DNA of 63,606 nucleotides, the filler included, from Klebsormidium nitens (taxonomy: Eukaryota > Plantae > Klebsormidiophyceae), in NCBI GenBank assembly GCA_000708835.1. It is 8 parts of 8 records of this genome, joined end to end, with 100 filler letters (N's around TTAATTAATTAA, not from the genome) between each part and the next. Parts side by side here need not be neighbours in the genome. Positions count along the whole stretch, not along the records: positions 1 to 27,792 come from DF237810.1; 7 more parts are not named here. One strand, written 5' to 3'. The first letter of the stretch is position 1, and each line of letters opens with the position of its first letter. Made by a program: the position numbers and the translations under genes. Positions 1 to 12,300 of this stretch are shown here, in pieces. The notes beneath the pieces were generated by a model. It saw nothing but the letters and a program-made list of their open reading frames with translations, was not told where the DNA came from and did no database searches.

Positions 1-1
1 T

Positions 2-434
2 ATTTCGTTTACATCGGAGCCCGTAAGCAGAACAGAAGGATTGGCAGGATGTTTCATAATTGACGGAAGCGGCCTGTTGTTGGTCCGGTGGCCTAGCTGA
101 TAGCGACGACGAGCAGTGGAACCTACTGGGGTAGAATAAGCAGCATCGCGAGCGTGGCGGTTCCGATCTTGTTTGCTCGTAAAAAGATTGTGGTCGAGAA
201 CCTTTTTGAATTCCCTGTGTAAAGTGTCAACTGTCTGGCTGTGTGTGTTGAGTTCACGGAGGGTCCAACTGGCAAGTTTAGTCGAGAAAAGTGTGGGAAG
301 AGAAGGTTGAAGGGTGTTATGGAGGGTGGTATCTGTAAAGTACTCGGTTTGCAAGCGGCGGGCTTCGCAACGGGTGGGCTTGTCAATATTCTGCGCTCCA
401 CGAATTTTGGCTGCGTACAAATTTGCCAACAGTA
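2..434. repeat. Near-identical copy of LINE segment 654-1086, on the other side of an N gap
   Basis: Constant offset of 652 nt with at least two substitutions; ORFs 123..437 and 775..1053 give the same peptide. Could be a second 5'-truncated LINE copy or an assembly overlap. Confidence 0.9.
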
Positions 435-652
435 CATCGGATAAAGGGGGGGTCGCCTAGCATGTGCCGGAGGCTGCCGCCGGCAGCTGTCGGCACCGGA
501 GAAGCAGGGGTTGATTATAATCGACGGAACGCAGCCGGAACGTGCCGCTGGTCTGCCGATGAAAATGCCCCGNNNNNNNNNNNNNNNNNNNNNNNNNNNN
601 NNNNNNNNNNNNNNNNNNNNNNNNNNNNNNNNNNNNNNNNNNNNNNNNNNNN

Positions 653-2300
653 CATTTCGTTTACATCGGAGCCCGTAAGCAGAACAGAAGGATTGGCAGG
701 ATGTTTCATAATTGACGGAAGCGGCCTGTTGTTGGTCCGGTGGCCTAGCTGATAGCGACGGCGAGCAGTGGAACCTACTGGGGTAGAATAAGCAGCATCG
801 CGAGCGTGGCGGTTCCGATCTTGTTTGCTCGTAAAAAGATTGTGGTCGAGAACCTTTTTGAATTCCCTGTGTAAAGTGTCAACTGTCTGGCTGTGTGTGT
901 TGAGTTCACGGAGGGTCCAACTGGCAAGTTTAGTCGAGAAAAGTGTGGGAAGAGAAGGTTGAAGGGTGTTATGGAGGGTGGTATCTGTAAAGTACTCGGT
1001 TTGCAAGCGGCGGGCTTCGCGACGGGTGGGCTTGTCAATATTCTGCGCTCCACGAATTTTGGCTGCGTACAAATTTGCCAACAGTAGTCTGTAGCGCTTC
1101 AACCAATGTAAAGCATGTTGCGTTTTGCCAGCAATAACTGTCTTGTACAAACGGTGACCTGGGGTGTGCGGCCCTGTGTGGAATGCTGTGGCCGGAATGG
1201 TTACAAAAAGAGTCGTGAGCTGTTCATGCAACTCAGTCAGTGCATCATGCGAGAGGTGAAGCGGCGGGTCAGTAGGGTCATGAAGCAGAGCAGGAGCAAG
1301 GGCGGGAGGGACAGTGCGTTGCCAATCAACAACTGCTTTACGGAGGGCAAGTTCTTGATCTGCAGACAGATGAGCCGTGTCAATATCAATCCGGGGACGT
1401 GTAAGAGGGGCAGCGGGATACTCGAGCCAGCCATGGCAAAGACGAGCTAGGCTAATGTTGTGGAGGACGGGTCGGTGATCAGACAAGCCAAGAGGTTGTG
1501 TAACTGAGGAGTCAAGGACCTGAGTAGGTTCACAATGGTCAGGGGGAAAGGACGTAAACATTTTGTCAAGGATAGAGCGGTATGTCTGCTTTGATGAAGA
1601 GTAAGTAAAATCATCATAGGCTGAAAGTTTGTCACGGGCCATCGGGTCATATAGATGGAAACCTTGATCGGCTAGGTGTGTGAGAAAGCGCAATAGGTGT
1701 TGAGGTGCTGCAGGGGTGATACGCTCTGTTGAGTCAGGTGGGTCGGCACGATATATGTCGCGCTCAAGGTCCAGATAACTGTTCCAATCACCAGCAAGAA
1801 TTGTGTGCCTGTTGGATAACCCAGAAGATGTGTCCGCACGGGGGGCAAGAGGAAGAACATAAGAGGTAAAAGCCTCCCAAAAGGCGGCCTTTTGCTCAGG
1901 TTGCGCCGGAGCGTAGGCGCCAATAATGTCAATCTGAATGAGAGCCCCGTTTGGAGTAGGGATGCTGAGGGTGCCGTGCTGGAGGCGCGCGCGGAATTGA
2001 GAGATGTCACCAGAGGTGGATCGTAAATCTATTCCAGCCTATATTATACCTAGCTAATGGAGTTCGACCACTAACACCTGTGGAGTCTCTACCTCAAGCC
2101 ATCAACCAATGCCCGCTGCCCTAGGCGTTTGTACGTGACCATTGGTGTGCATGACGTCATCTGGCGTACTGGAGTCCGAAGTTCGAACAGGTATTGCCAT
2201 CGATGCACCTGTGACCTTCCTCACCAACTCTGAATTAATTCACAGCATAATCCTTGTGGACGTGTCCACAGCTCTGTGGTTGTGAATGATTCTCGGCCGC
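653..2300 (-). mobile_element. Non-LTR (LINE) retrotransposon ORF2 N-terminal part: APE endonuclease plus linker, degenerate at its 5' end; RT domain lies outside the readable sequence
   Basis: One minus-strand frame from about 2035 to 653 reads IIGAYAPAQPEQKAAFW, LAGDWNSYLD, FTYSSSKQTYRSILDKMF and SDHRPV, the ordered APE motifs (YAP, GDxN, FTY/RxD, SDH). The same frame has in-frame stops upstream of about 2040. Confidence 0.85.
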
Positions 2301-3302
2301 AAAATCTTCGCCGGGCAGATGTGGGTGTGATGCCGTCCGGAGCCGGTAGAATGAGCTGGGCATCGATTTTCCCCACCCGCAAAAGGCGGGTCCAAGAAAG
2401 AAGCCAAGGCCGGAACCCCGGGGGGGTTTTGAACGGCTCCAGTGTAGTCTAATTTAGACATGCTTTAATGTAGAACCGTCGATAGGAAGTTCCGTTTGAG
2501 TGAGGCTACTGCTAGTGTATAAGCCTAAGGAAACACTCATAAGCGTTGCTTATAATGAACTCTAACATATAAGAAAATAACATAACTTGCTTCTAGATGT
2601 AGAATTCGGCGTATACGCCTCGAGTTGCTTATGGTAGTCCTTTGCTCTTTTGGGGACCTGTAGGACCATAGGATGAGAACCATCGACACAACCCCTATCC
2701 GTACCGGTAAAACGGTCGGATCGTATAATAACACCATCGATCTGGCGTACTCACAGGGGCTAAAATTTACGGAACATTTTTTCCCGGGACAGATGGACCA
2801 TCATTGCACAAATTTCGGAACTCCGTACGGCGAAAAATGATTTCCTGGAATGCCGGCGGTTCGACCTCGAATGGACTCTGGTTCCAATGCTCGTGAAGTT
2901 GAAGTTGCAGTCGTAGAGAAGAGGGAGCTCTAGGCATCACGTTGTGAGGATGTTGCGACGCTCAGCATATCAGGGCAGCGTTTGGCAGATGCAATTTCGC
3001 CGCTGGCCGGAAGGTGATTCTATGACGGTGACGTGTACCTTTCTGCTTCTCTTGCTCCTCCAGATGACAATGTCACACCAAACTTAGTTTTGGCTGGAGG
3101 CAACCATTTTTGGCTCCTTCATTCTAGCAGGTAATACCCGTTTTCTGGGGCCCTTCCTGCCGGCGATCTACAGATAAAGCTTCACTCTTAATGAGTACAG
3201 CAAGTTCAGAACAAAGTTTGGTGTTCCAGATAAATACCGCAGGCACGTGAGTTGAACGCACGCCTGAAGAATCTGAAAGCAACAGATTCCAGAGCAGCAG
3301 CA

Positions 3303-6300
3303 ATGACAGCCATACAGTATATGCACCAACATGACAACGACAAACCTCCCGATCAGCATCACGGCGGGACAGAACATTTATCTTCATTGAAGGGACTGGC
3401 AAGATGTTTTCCTTGTGGGGGGGGGCAGGAGGAGGCTGCTGCAGGGGAGCAGCTACCCCCCCCCAGGGCTCGGCGGCTGAAGCGCAACGTCTCGATGCTG
3501 TCAAAGTTGGCAGAAGGGAGTGGGATGGGGGAGAGGTATGGCCCTAAAATCCTCTGATCAGGTTTCCGGAGCTTGGTCATATGGCTCTGGTCTTGACCAT
3601 GTATGCTTGGATTCTCTCCGTCTGAAGCGAGTGCTGGTCCTGTGAACCGAGCGTATTGAACAATATGGTCACCTAGTTTAGACCTTGATGAGTGTAGCTC
3701 TATGAGAGCCGTTGCTCAACCTGAGAACCTGGGAAGAGGCCAGCGCTGAGGAGCCCCCACCCTTTACCCCCAGAGATAGAGCCCTTTCCTGTTTTATTGA
3801 TTGTGGGTTGGGAGCAGGGTTCTAGGTTATGCTCCCCTTTGCTGCAGCTCCACAATATTTGGTACCCAATTGACGAGATCGACACGAGGCAAACCCCAAG
3901 CAACTTCTTCTACCCTTCAATCACATGAATACCATTTGTCGAGCCAGAACGAACGGAATGAAGAACTACACCTTCGCCTATTCTGTGTTTCCTGCATCAG
4001 CCATTTGTAATATGCAGCCGGTTGATGAGAGCCCATGGAATGTCTCGTCAGGCACTCCCCTGGTCCCGCCACCCGATACAGCTGAGCCTTATGGAATATG
4101 GGGTTTCGTTGACTCATTTTGACACTCGTCAGCTGCTCTGAGCAGTGTAGTTCTGGAAGTTGCATCTGGTCAACAGAGGCCGGCCCCTTATCCTGTTTTT
4201 GCATTTACCGGCCGCATGAGGACATGAAAATCAGCCTCTAGTATTTGAAGCTTTTGGGTATTTGTGGACCACCAAAACTCTTCTGCACAAACGCACCATG
4301 CCCCAACCTTCATCCAAGCGCAACAAGTTCGACAAGCGGCCAGCCCCGAGCAAACTGCCAGCAAACTGCCTTGGGCAAACTGCATATTACTCTGAGAAAA
4401 TGCTAATGTCGGCTTTGAGTTGACAAGTTTACAGAATTCTGGCGTTTATATACTCACGCCCGTCATTACCTTCTCGTCAATTAATGCAGCTCTGCGACAG
4501 CTGTAAGCCCACTGCAACAGATTGACCAGCCCCCAGCCCCCAGCAAAGTGCATAAGAAGTCCTCCCACCCCATGGCTGATCAGGACATGAAACTTCAGCT
4601 CCTACTTTGAGAAACCGGGTGTGTAACTTGTCATCTGTCTTTTCTGCCGGATGCAGCTCTGCGACAGCTGTCACGCAACTGCAACAGATTGAAGAGAGGC
4701 CAGCCCCGAGTGGTTTTCTAGTGGACATTCCCCACCTGACCACTAGCGACGTAAAACTCGTCCAAGAGAGTTGGGCCAAGGTGGTGGAAGCCCATGGCGT
4801 TGGAGCGGTGACCCTTTTCTACGTGAACTTATTCACACTGGCGCCGCACCTGGAGTCGCTGTTCAAGAAGACCAAGTGAGTGTGTTCACACTGCCTTTTC
4901 ATTCTTCGAGAACACACCACACTGGCGCAATGCTTGAAGTTGCCATGCGAACTTCCAATCGGGTGTGAAAGTTTTGTATGCTCGTCTGCATCAAGCCCGG
5001 ATGCTTATACACTCATGATCGATGTGAAGGCAATTGCTCTTGACACCCGAGTGCAGACAGCAGTATGAGTAAGGTCAACAAGTCCGTCTTTCACAATATT
5101 ATATCGCCCTGGGAGGAGTGCATAAAGTTCTGGCACAAAAAGCTGTTACAATTGATCAACTTTCACTTTGGGGTCTGCTTGCTTTCTGTAGTCAAACTCA
5201 CCAACAGCGGTATCCTAATGTCTTGAACAGGCCCTTAGGAAACGCTGCTACTAGGTTTGATGTCTATCTCTATGGCAAGCGGCACGTGTGCAAGTATTGT
5301 CCTACGGTCCTCAGCTTTGAAAACCCTAAAATGTCACCTTTATGTTCAAATTTGCACATTTTGATGAAGCAGAATCCACTGGAATGATGGAGACCCGGAT
5401 TGGCCACCGAGCTGCATCGCAACCAGGAAAAGTTCTGTTGCAGCGTTGACATATATCCGTAGGGCTGAGAATCTGGAGCCCCTTAAAAATGCAAAACCCC
5501 AATGATTACGAGGCTCTTTACTTCTGCACATTTGCAGGAATCTACAGTCACAAAGAGTGGCTAATCGACAAGGCGCACAATTACCACCTCTTAAAGATCG
5601 AAGTTCCGAAATGGCACTGCTTCGAAAATGGAAGCCCCACATGAGGAAGTTGTCACTAGATCGGCTGAAACGTCTAAGAGACCACTTCAACAGACACGAT
5701 GGTTGACAAGTGCACATTTAAGGCTTTCTTCACGAAGTAGACTTCAAAGATACTGTTGAATGCCCCACAAACGAGTCGCTCTCTGCAGGAATATCCAAGA
5801 GGCAATGTTTACGGACATGATGATGACTCTGGTCGGCAAACTGCACGATTGGGAGTGGGTTGTGAGCGCACTGGAGGCGTCTGCGATCCGGCATCTGCGC
5901 TATGGAGTGTCCGTCTCCATGTTCCCCGCAGTCGGGCAGGTGAGGTTATATGTAACCGCTCTCCTTAAGTGCTCCAATTAGAGCTTTTGGGTTTGGGACC
6001 CGGGTTACTAACCCAGGGTTTGGGCATTCGGGCTACGGCGCGCTGTGTCCATGTTTCCCGGTAGTTGGGCAGGTGGTAAGGTTACACGTAACCGCTCTCC
6101 TTAAGTGCTCCAGTACCCATTAGGGCTTTTGGGTTTGGGACCTGGGTTACTAACCCAGGGTTTGGGCATCTACGGTACGGCGTGTCTGTGTCCATGTTTC
6201 CTGCAGTTGGGCAAATGAGGTTACACGTAACCGCTCTACTTAACTCCTCCAGTACTTGTCAGACACTTTGGGTGTACTTATCAGAGAATTGGGGTTTGGA

Positions 6301-9300
6301 CCTGATTCATCAATCTGTTCTTAAATCTGCACTACGGCGTATCATGGTCCATGTTCCCCGCGGTTGGGCAGTTATGGTTGTACTCAATGTTCTATTTCAG
6401 AACACTTAACAGCTCTGGTACCTGTCAGAGACTTTGGGATTGGACCTGGATTTCAAGCCAGGCTTCGGCATCTGCGCTACGGCGTGTCCGTGTCCATGTT
6501 CCCCGCAGTCGGCCAAATAAGGTTATGATTGACTGCTCTAGTTATCGTCACAAGCTTTGGGTTTGGGCCCTGGGTTTTCACTCTCAGGCTTTCCTATTTG
6601 GGGATTTGGTTTAACAATTCCAGATGCGTTCCGGGTTTGGATGTGCGCGGCAGCGTTTCGAGTTCCATGTCCTCAGCCATCGGGCGCGTGGGGTTATGTG
6701 CACCAAATTCGTTAGAGCGTTCAAAGTTTGGGACCCGGGTAATGAGATTTAGTGTCTGGGGACCTGCGCGCTAAAAGGACTCCGGTGTTCATGGTCCCCT
6801 CAGTCCAGCCGCTTGATCCGTTTGCAGGAGGATTATAACTACTAAGGACTTTGTATGGAAAGGTTAGGTTAGGGTGCCGTGAGGAAGAGGACATCTGGTC
6901 TCTTTTTACCAACTCTAGAACCGTGAAAGAACGTCGCTGCGTTGATTCCGAGCAGTCAGTCTCATCTTTCTCCCCCAGAATGGCACCAGAGCGCAAAGGG
7001 GGACGTGGCTGCAAAAGCGTGTAACTCTCCAAACGTCGCTGTCAATCAGCAGACCCGCGGACGAGTCCACTCTTCCAGCAGTTGCAAAGCAGTGCATTCC
7101 TTTACTTAGATTTCTCCTCTTTTCCCTTTCCCCAGGCGCTGCTGCAAACGCTGGACATGGGCCTGGGGGTCCACTGGACTCCGGAGGTCAAAGCGGCCTG
7201 GATCAAGCTCTGGACCGCGATCGTTTCTGTAAGCTTCGCACAATTCTGCTGCTCCTTGTGTTTCTGCGTCGAGGATAAGGTTTTTTACGCCCCTGCCTTT
7301 CGGTCTATATTGCGTGGAGTTCGCATCTCTTTCGTTCCTCTAAGTCGAGCTCAATTCCGTATCCTCTCCCTCCTTTTAACCAAACTCTGGACCTCGTTGC
7401 TCTCTTTTCGCTTCCGAGTCATTCTTATTGAGACGTGTCTTCGCTCTTTCGCCCGTCGTTTCTTGCTTTGATCTCCCTCCCTGGATCGAATGCTCACGAC
7501 CTCAAACAACTTCTTGAGCTTCGCCGCTCTTGTTCCCTTGCTCTTCCTTTGCACTCAGACTCGCTTCCCGTTCCTCGCCTGCTCTTTCAACCCTCTGTTT
7601 TAGTTTGCCGGACGCTCCCGGACGGCCCCCGAGGCCAAAGCCCTTATCCGCCCTTAATCAGACGGGAAGAGGAGTCATCAGAAGAGGGTTCTCCTTCCTT
7701 ACGGTCGTCTGCTATCTCAGCGGTACGAGCACCAATCAGTGATGCGAGCAAAGAACACGTCGCGATTGACCTCCGCAAGCACAATCTTGCGCTTCACGGA
7801 CTGCCGCTTTTGAACGTGCCGTGGCTCTTGGAGCGGTCATAGTGTGACAAGTAAGAAATAACCCTCGTCTCTCAGGATCTGGCTTCCAGCGAGTCCTTTC
7901 CCCGTGAGATTTGTTCCATGTTTTTCAATCAAATCAGCCCAGGCTACAGTCTCCACGTTCCGTTCCGTTGACCTTTGTCGTCTGCCGTTGTCTCTTTTAG
8001 TCATGTCGGTGCACCTGGGGCAGAGTCCTCTTCACTCCGACTCAACCTTCAAAAGCCCCACTAAACTTTCCTTCTCCAGGCAGCAGTCTTAGATTCCCCT
8101 TCCACTTATTCTTGGCGCCTCCAAATTCGGTTTGGGTGATGTCCGTGCCCTTGAAGGTGGACGCCTCCACCCGTACCGTCGTGGGCAACGTCTCGCTCCA
8201 GTCACGATCGAGCTGGACCGACCCCCTTATTCCGCTTCCGCTCGGCTGATCCGTATTATTTTCCGTTCCGCTCAGGTGATGTCCGTGCACCTGAAAGCTG
8301 ACGCGTTGACCCGCGCCGTCGCGTGCAACAGCCTCGCTCTAGTTGCGGCCGAGCTGGATCGAGCGCCCCGGGGAGAACGTGTGGAGCGACCGCTGACCAA
8401 AATGCCGAGCGGACTGACCCCCCTGCTCATGGCGATCCGAGACAAAAAGGTCGATCTCGTCAAGTGAGAAGTCAAACTCGAGAATTCAGCTGTTCGAAAC
8501 ATTTCCGTTACTGGCAATTGATCAATCAAACGATCGGTCGAACGATGGCGCTCACCAGAATGAACCCCCTGCTCATGGCGATCCGGGACAAGAAGGTCGA
8601 TCTCGTTAAGTGAGGGCCGAAATCGCGACACTCATTATTCCCGTTTACGTATCTTTTTGAAACGAGCAAATAAATGGATGGAACAAACGATCGAAGAAAG
8701 CGGTGACCGAAATGCCGCGCGGATTGAGCCCCCCGCTCATAGCACAAGAAGGGTCGATTTGGTGAAGTGAAACCCGAAATGCGAAAACTCAGCTGTCGTT
8801 TCCTTTCCCTTCTGGGCTCATCTAACGACTCCGTTCAGACCGCACCGAGTAGAACTCAAAATTGGCCATGCCTTCAAGTCAGTCGCACGGGAACTCGGGT
8901 TCTAGTCACAAGGCCAGGAGTTGTCAACAAGATATTGATAACCGTGCTAGTACATGCTTCTGGACGCTTTGGCATCCGCTCGCACCTCTACGAATGTTCT
9001 ACCATCTTTGGGAAGCGAATGGGGTAAACGTTGCCCGGTTAAGAGCTTCGATCACTTCTACAATTGCTCGACACGTTCAAGGTCCCGTTACACCAACTAG
9101 AGAAGCGAAGCCGGAGGGGGAGACAATGCAGATGGCGACAACCCCCCACGAAGAGGAACTTCGAATTTTCCAAATGGCCCGAGAAAGTTGGTTAACACTC
9201 GGGTTAATGTGCAGGTACATGCTCTCGGACATCCTATCCATCCGTTCTGACCGTACCGGGTATTACTACGGCCGCGCGCAACTTTGGGCGACCCACCCGA

Positions 9301-12300
9301 CGATCGTGAACGAGATTGTGGACAACGTTCCGACGGCGATGAAGGAGTTGCTTGATGGGTGCTACTGGCAGAGCGGCCATTCCACGGACGGGTCCTGGCG
9401 GGTGGGTTTCTTAACCCACTATTCTCTAGTCATTGTTCATTGTTGGGTCACGGAGATACCCTTTCGATCTAAGTCGAAATCCTTGTTGGCTAGTGTACTC
9501 CGACGGCGCTAAAAAATGTGCTCAATGAGTGAACCGGCAGAGCGGGCATGCGACGGACGGGTTCCGGCGGGTGAGCTTCTTAACCCACTTTCTTCTAGGG
9601 TCCAGGATTTCTGGTTACGGAAGTACTTGTAAGTTCGATAAATGACCAACTTTCCTCTGGGATTTAAGGTTTTGGATTATGGAGGTACCAGTTCCTTTAA
9701 GTTGAGATCCTTCAAACAGATGCCGAGGGCGATGAAGGACCTGCTGGCCGAACTGTCACTCCGTGAACGGACTTTGTTCTCATCCTATCTCGTGGATGTA
9801 CTCAGCTTATCGCTGTCCCAAAAGAAAATCCGTTCCATTTCGCAGGCCAACTCTTTCTATTCTAGTGCCTGTGCAGGAACCCCCATGACCATATCGCCCT
9901 CCTTGACTTTCTCTCCCTGTCAAAGTTTGGTATTCCGTGAAGCGCATGCAAACTTTTTGAGACCGTTTACAGGCACCCCACGAACCCAATGCTGCCACCA
10001 ACCCGAGTTCACATTCTCTTTCTCACAACTCGTCTCTCTGGTTTCCTTACCCCTTTTCTGTTTAGCACAAGGTCGCCACATTTTCTTTCTTACAACTTCG
10101 TCTTTCTGGTTCCCTTAACCCTTCTCTGTTGTATCCCGCTGGCCAACTTTTACATTCGGGGCCTGTACGGCGAACCCCAGAAACCGCATGCTACCATCCA
10201 CTTAACCCAACTTCACCATGACTGTTTCACCACTTCGGATTCCTGGTTTCCTTAACCCTTTCTCTTTCATCCCGCAGGCCGACTTCTACATTCAGGGCCT
10301 GTACGGCCAATCCCACAAAGTATATTCAACATGCACCTAACCCGATTTCACAATGGTCAAATTACCACTGCTTCTATCTGATTTCTTTAACCCGTTTTTC
10401 TTCAATCCGCAGGCCAACTTCTACATTCAGGGCCTGTACGGCGAACCCCATCGGCCGATCTCCCAATCACTTTGGCACAGTTCACCACCTCCTTTCCTGA
10501 AGCTTTTCCTTTGATTCCTGAACTCTTTGCAGGCAAACTTTCGCTTGTGCGAGCACCCGAAAATGCGAATTTTCTCTCATTCCTTGACCAGTTTTCGTTC
10601 CATACTGCAGGCCAACTTCTACATTCAGGGCCTGTACGGCCAATCCCACAAACCCAATGCTACCATCCACTTAACCCACGTTCACCTTGTGGATTCTACC
10701 ATGCACTTCGTCGTTCTATTTACCTTAACCCTTTTCTGTTCCATCCCGCAGGCCAACTTCTATATTCAGGGCCTTTACGGAGAACCCCATCGGCCGATCT
10801 CCGCAATCACTTTGGCACAGTTCACCACCTTCTTTCCTGAAGCCTTTCCTTTTATTTCTAAAGTCTTTGTATCTGGGTTTGCGCAGGCAAACTTCCGCTT
10901 GTGCGAGCCCCCAAAAGTAAGGATATTCACTCATTCCTTGACCCGTTTTCGTTTTATTCCGCAGGCCAACTTCTACATTCAGGGCCTGTACGGCGAACCC
11001 CACCGACCGATCTCCAAATCGCCGCTGGCTCAGATGCTCAACCTGCGCGACAACGAGGCTTTCCAGCACCCCGTTACCGGAATCCTTATCTTCCAGAAGT
11101 GGAACATGTTCGGGCGCCGCGTATTCTTCCGAAACATGGTGATCGGATGCTCCGCATTCCTGCTTCTCGTGTTGGGGTGAGTACAGCTCTATCGAAGCAA
11201 GCTCCTCGTTCGAGTGAGAGAATTGAGGCAGATTGGTCAGTCTTCCTTTTGTGTGAATCTAGACTGATCAGGTAGAAACTGGAAGGTTGCTCGGAAAGGA
11301 CGGTGTGAAATTCAGAGCGTGTGAATCTAGACTGATCAAGTTGACACTCAAAGGTTGCTCGGAACGTGCGGTATAATATCCTGAGCTTGGCGACTCAGTT
11401 GAAAGTAGACCGCGCTCTTTCGTGTCAATCTACCTCGCAAGACGACGGTTTGCCGTTCCGTGCCCTCTTCTGGGTCTTACCTTAGAACCCAGTTACCTAA
11501 CCTCCTCGATCCACAAAATTCTGGACGCTTTGCCTTTCAGAAGGTTGACAAACAAGGGTTTCTCTTCGTAGGTACGTCGCTTGGCCTCGCCAGATCGACG
11601 GCCTGCCGTTCCGTGCCCTCTTCTGGGTCTTCCCTTAGAACCCAGTCACCTAACCTCCTCGAACCACAAAAGTTTAGACGCTTTGACTTTCAGAAGGTTG
11701 ACACAAAAGTTTTCTCTTCGTAGGTACGTCGCTTGGCCTCGCCAGATCGACGGCCTGCCGTTCCGAGCCCTCTTCTGGGTCTTCCCTTAGAACCCAGTTA
11801 CTTTACCCCCTCGAGCCACGAAAGTTTAGACGCTCTGATTTTCAGAAGGTTGACACAAAAGTGTTTCTCTTCTTAGGTACGTCGCTTGGCCTCGCCAGAT
11901 CGACGGTCTGCCGTTCCGAGCCCTCTTCTGGGTCTACATCATCGCAACGTTGATCGCCGAGATCCGGCGCGCGATAGCCGTTGGATTCATCGAGGCCGGT
12001 TTCTTGGGCTTTGCGATCCCGATCCCGGTCCACTTCCTCTCGGTGATCCAGTTCGTGCGGCTCGTAATGGACATTTTGGTCTTGACGGCAATCCCTTTCG
12101 AGCACACGTGGAACAAGACCGGCAAGTGAGTCACCAAACTGGGTTCAAAACGGTTGAGGATTTTTTCGCTTTCAGCGGATTTGACGGAGTCCTCAACGGA
12201 CTTTCTCTCGGTGTCAAGTTCGTGAGACTCGTTCCGGATCTGCTGGTTTTTGCGGCGATTCCATTCGAACACACGTGGAACAAAAGCGGCAAGTGAGTGA

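Noticed and set aside
2-1086. 433-bp duplication as a biologically meaningful tandem repeat
   Set aside because: It straddles an N gap inside a LINE; a second copy cannot be told from an assembly overlap.
7435-7842. ORFs in intron 4 as the globin's final exon
   Set aside because: The acceptor at 8275 completes helix H (AIVS|VM) and keeps the frame through the rest of the gene; these ORFs are pyrimidine-rich and motif-free.
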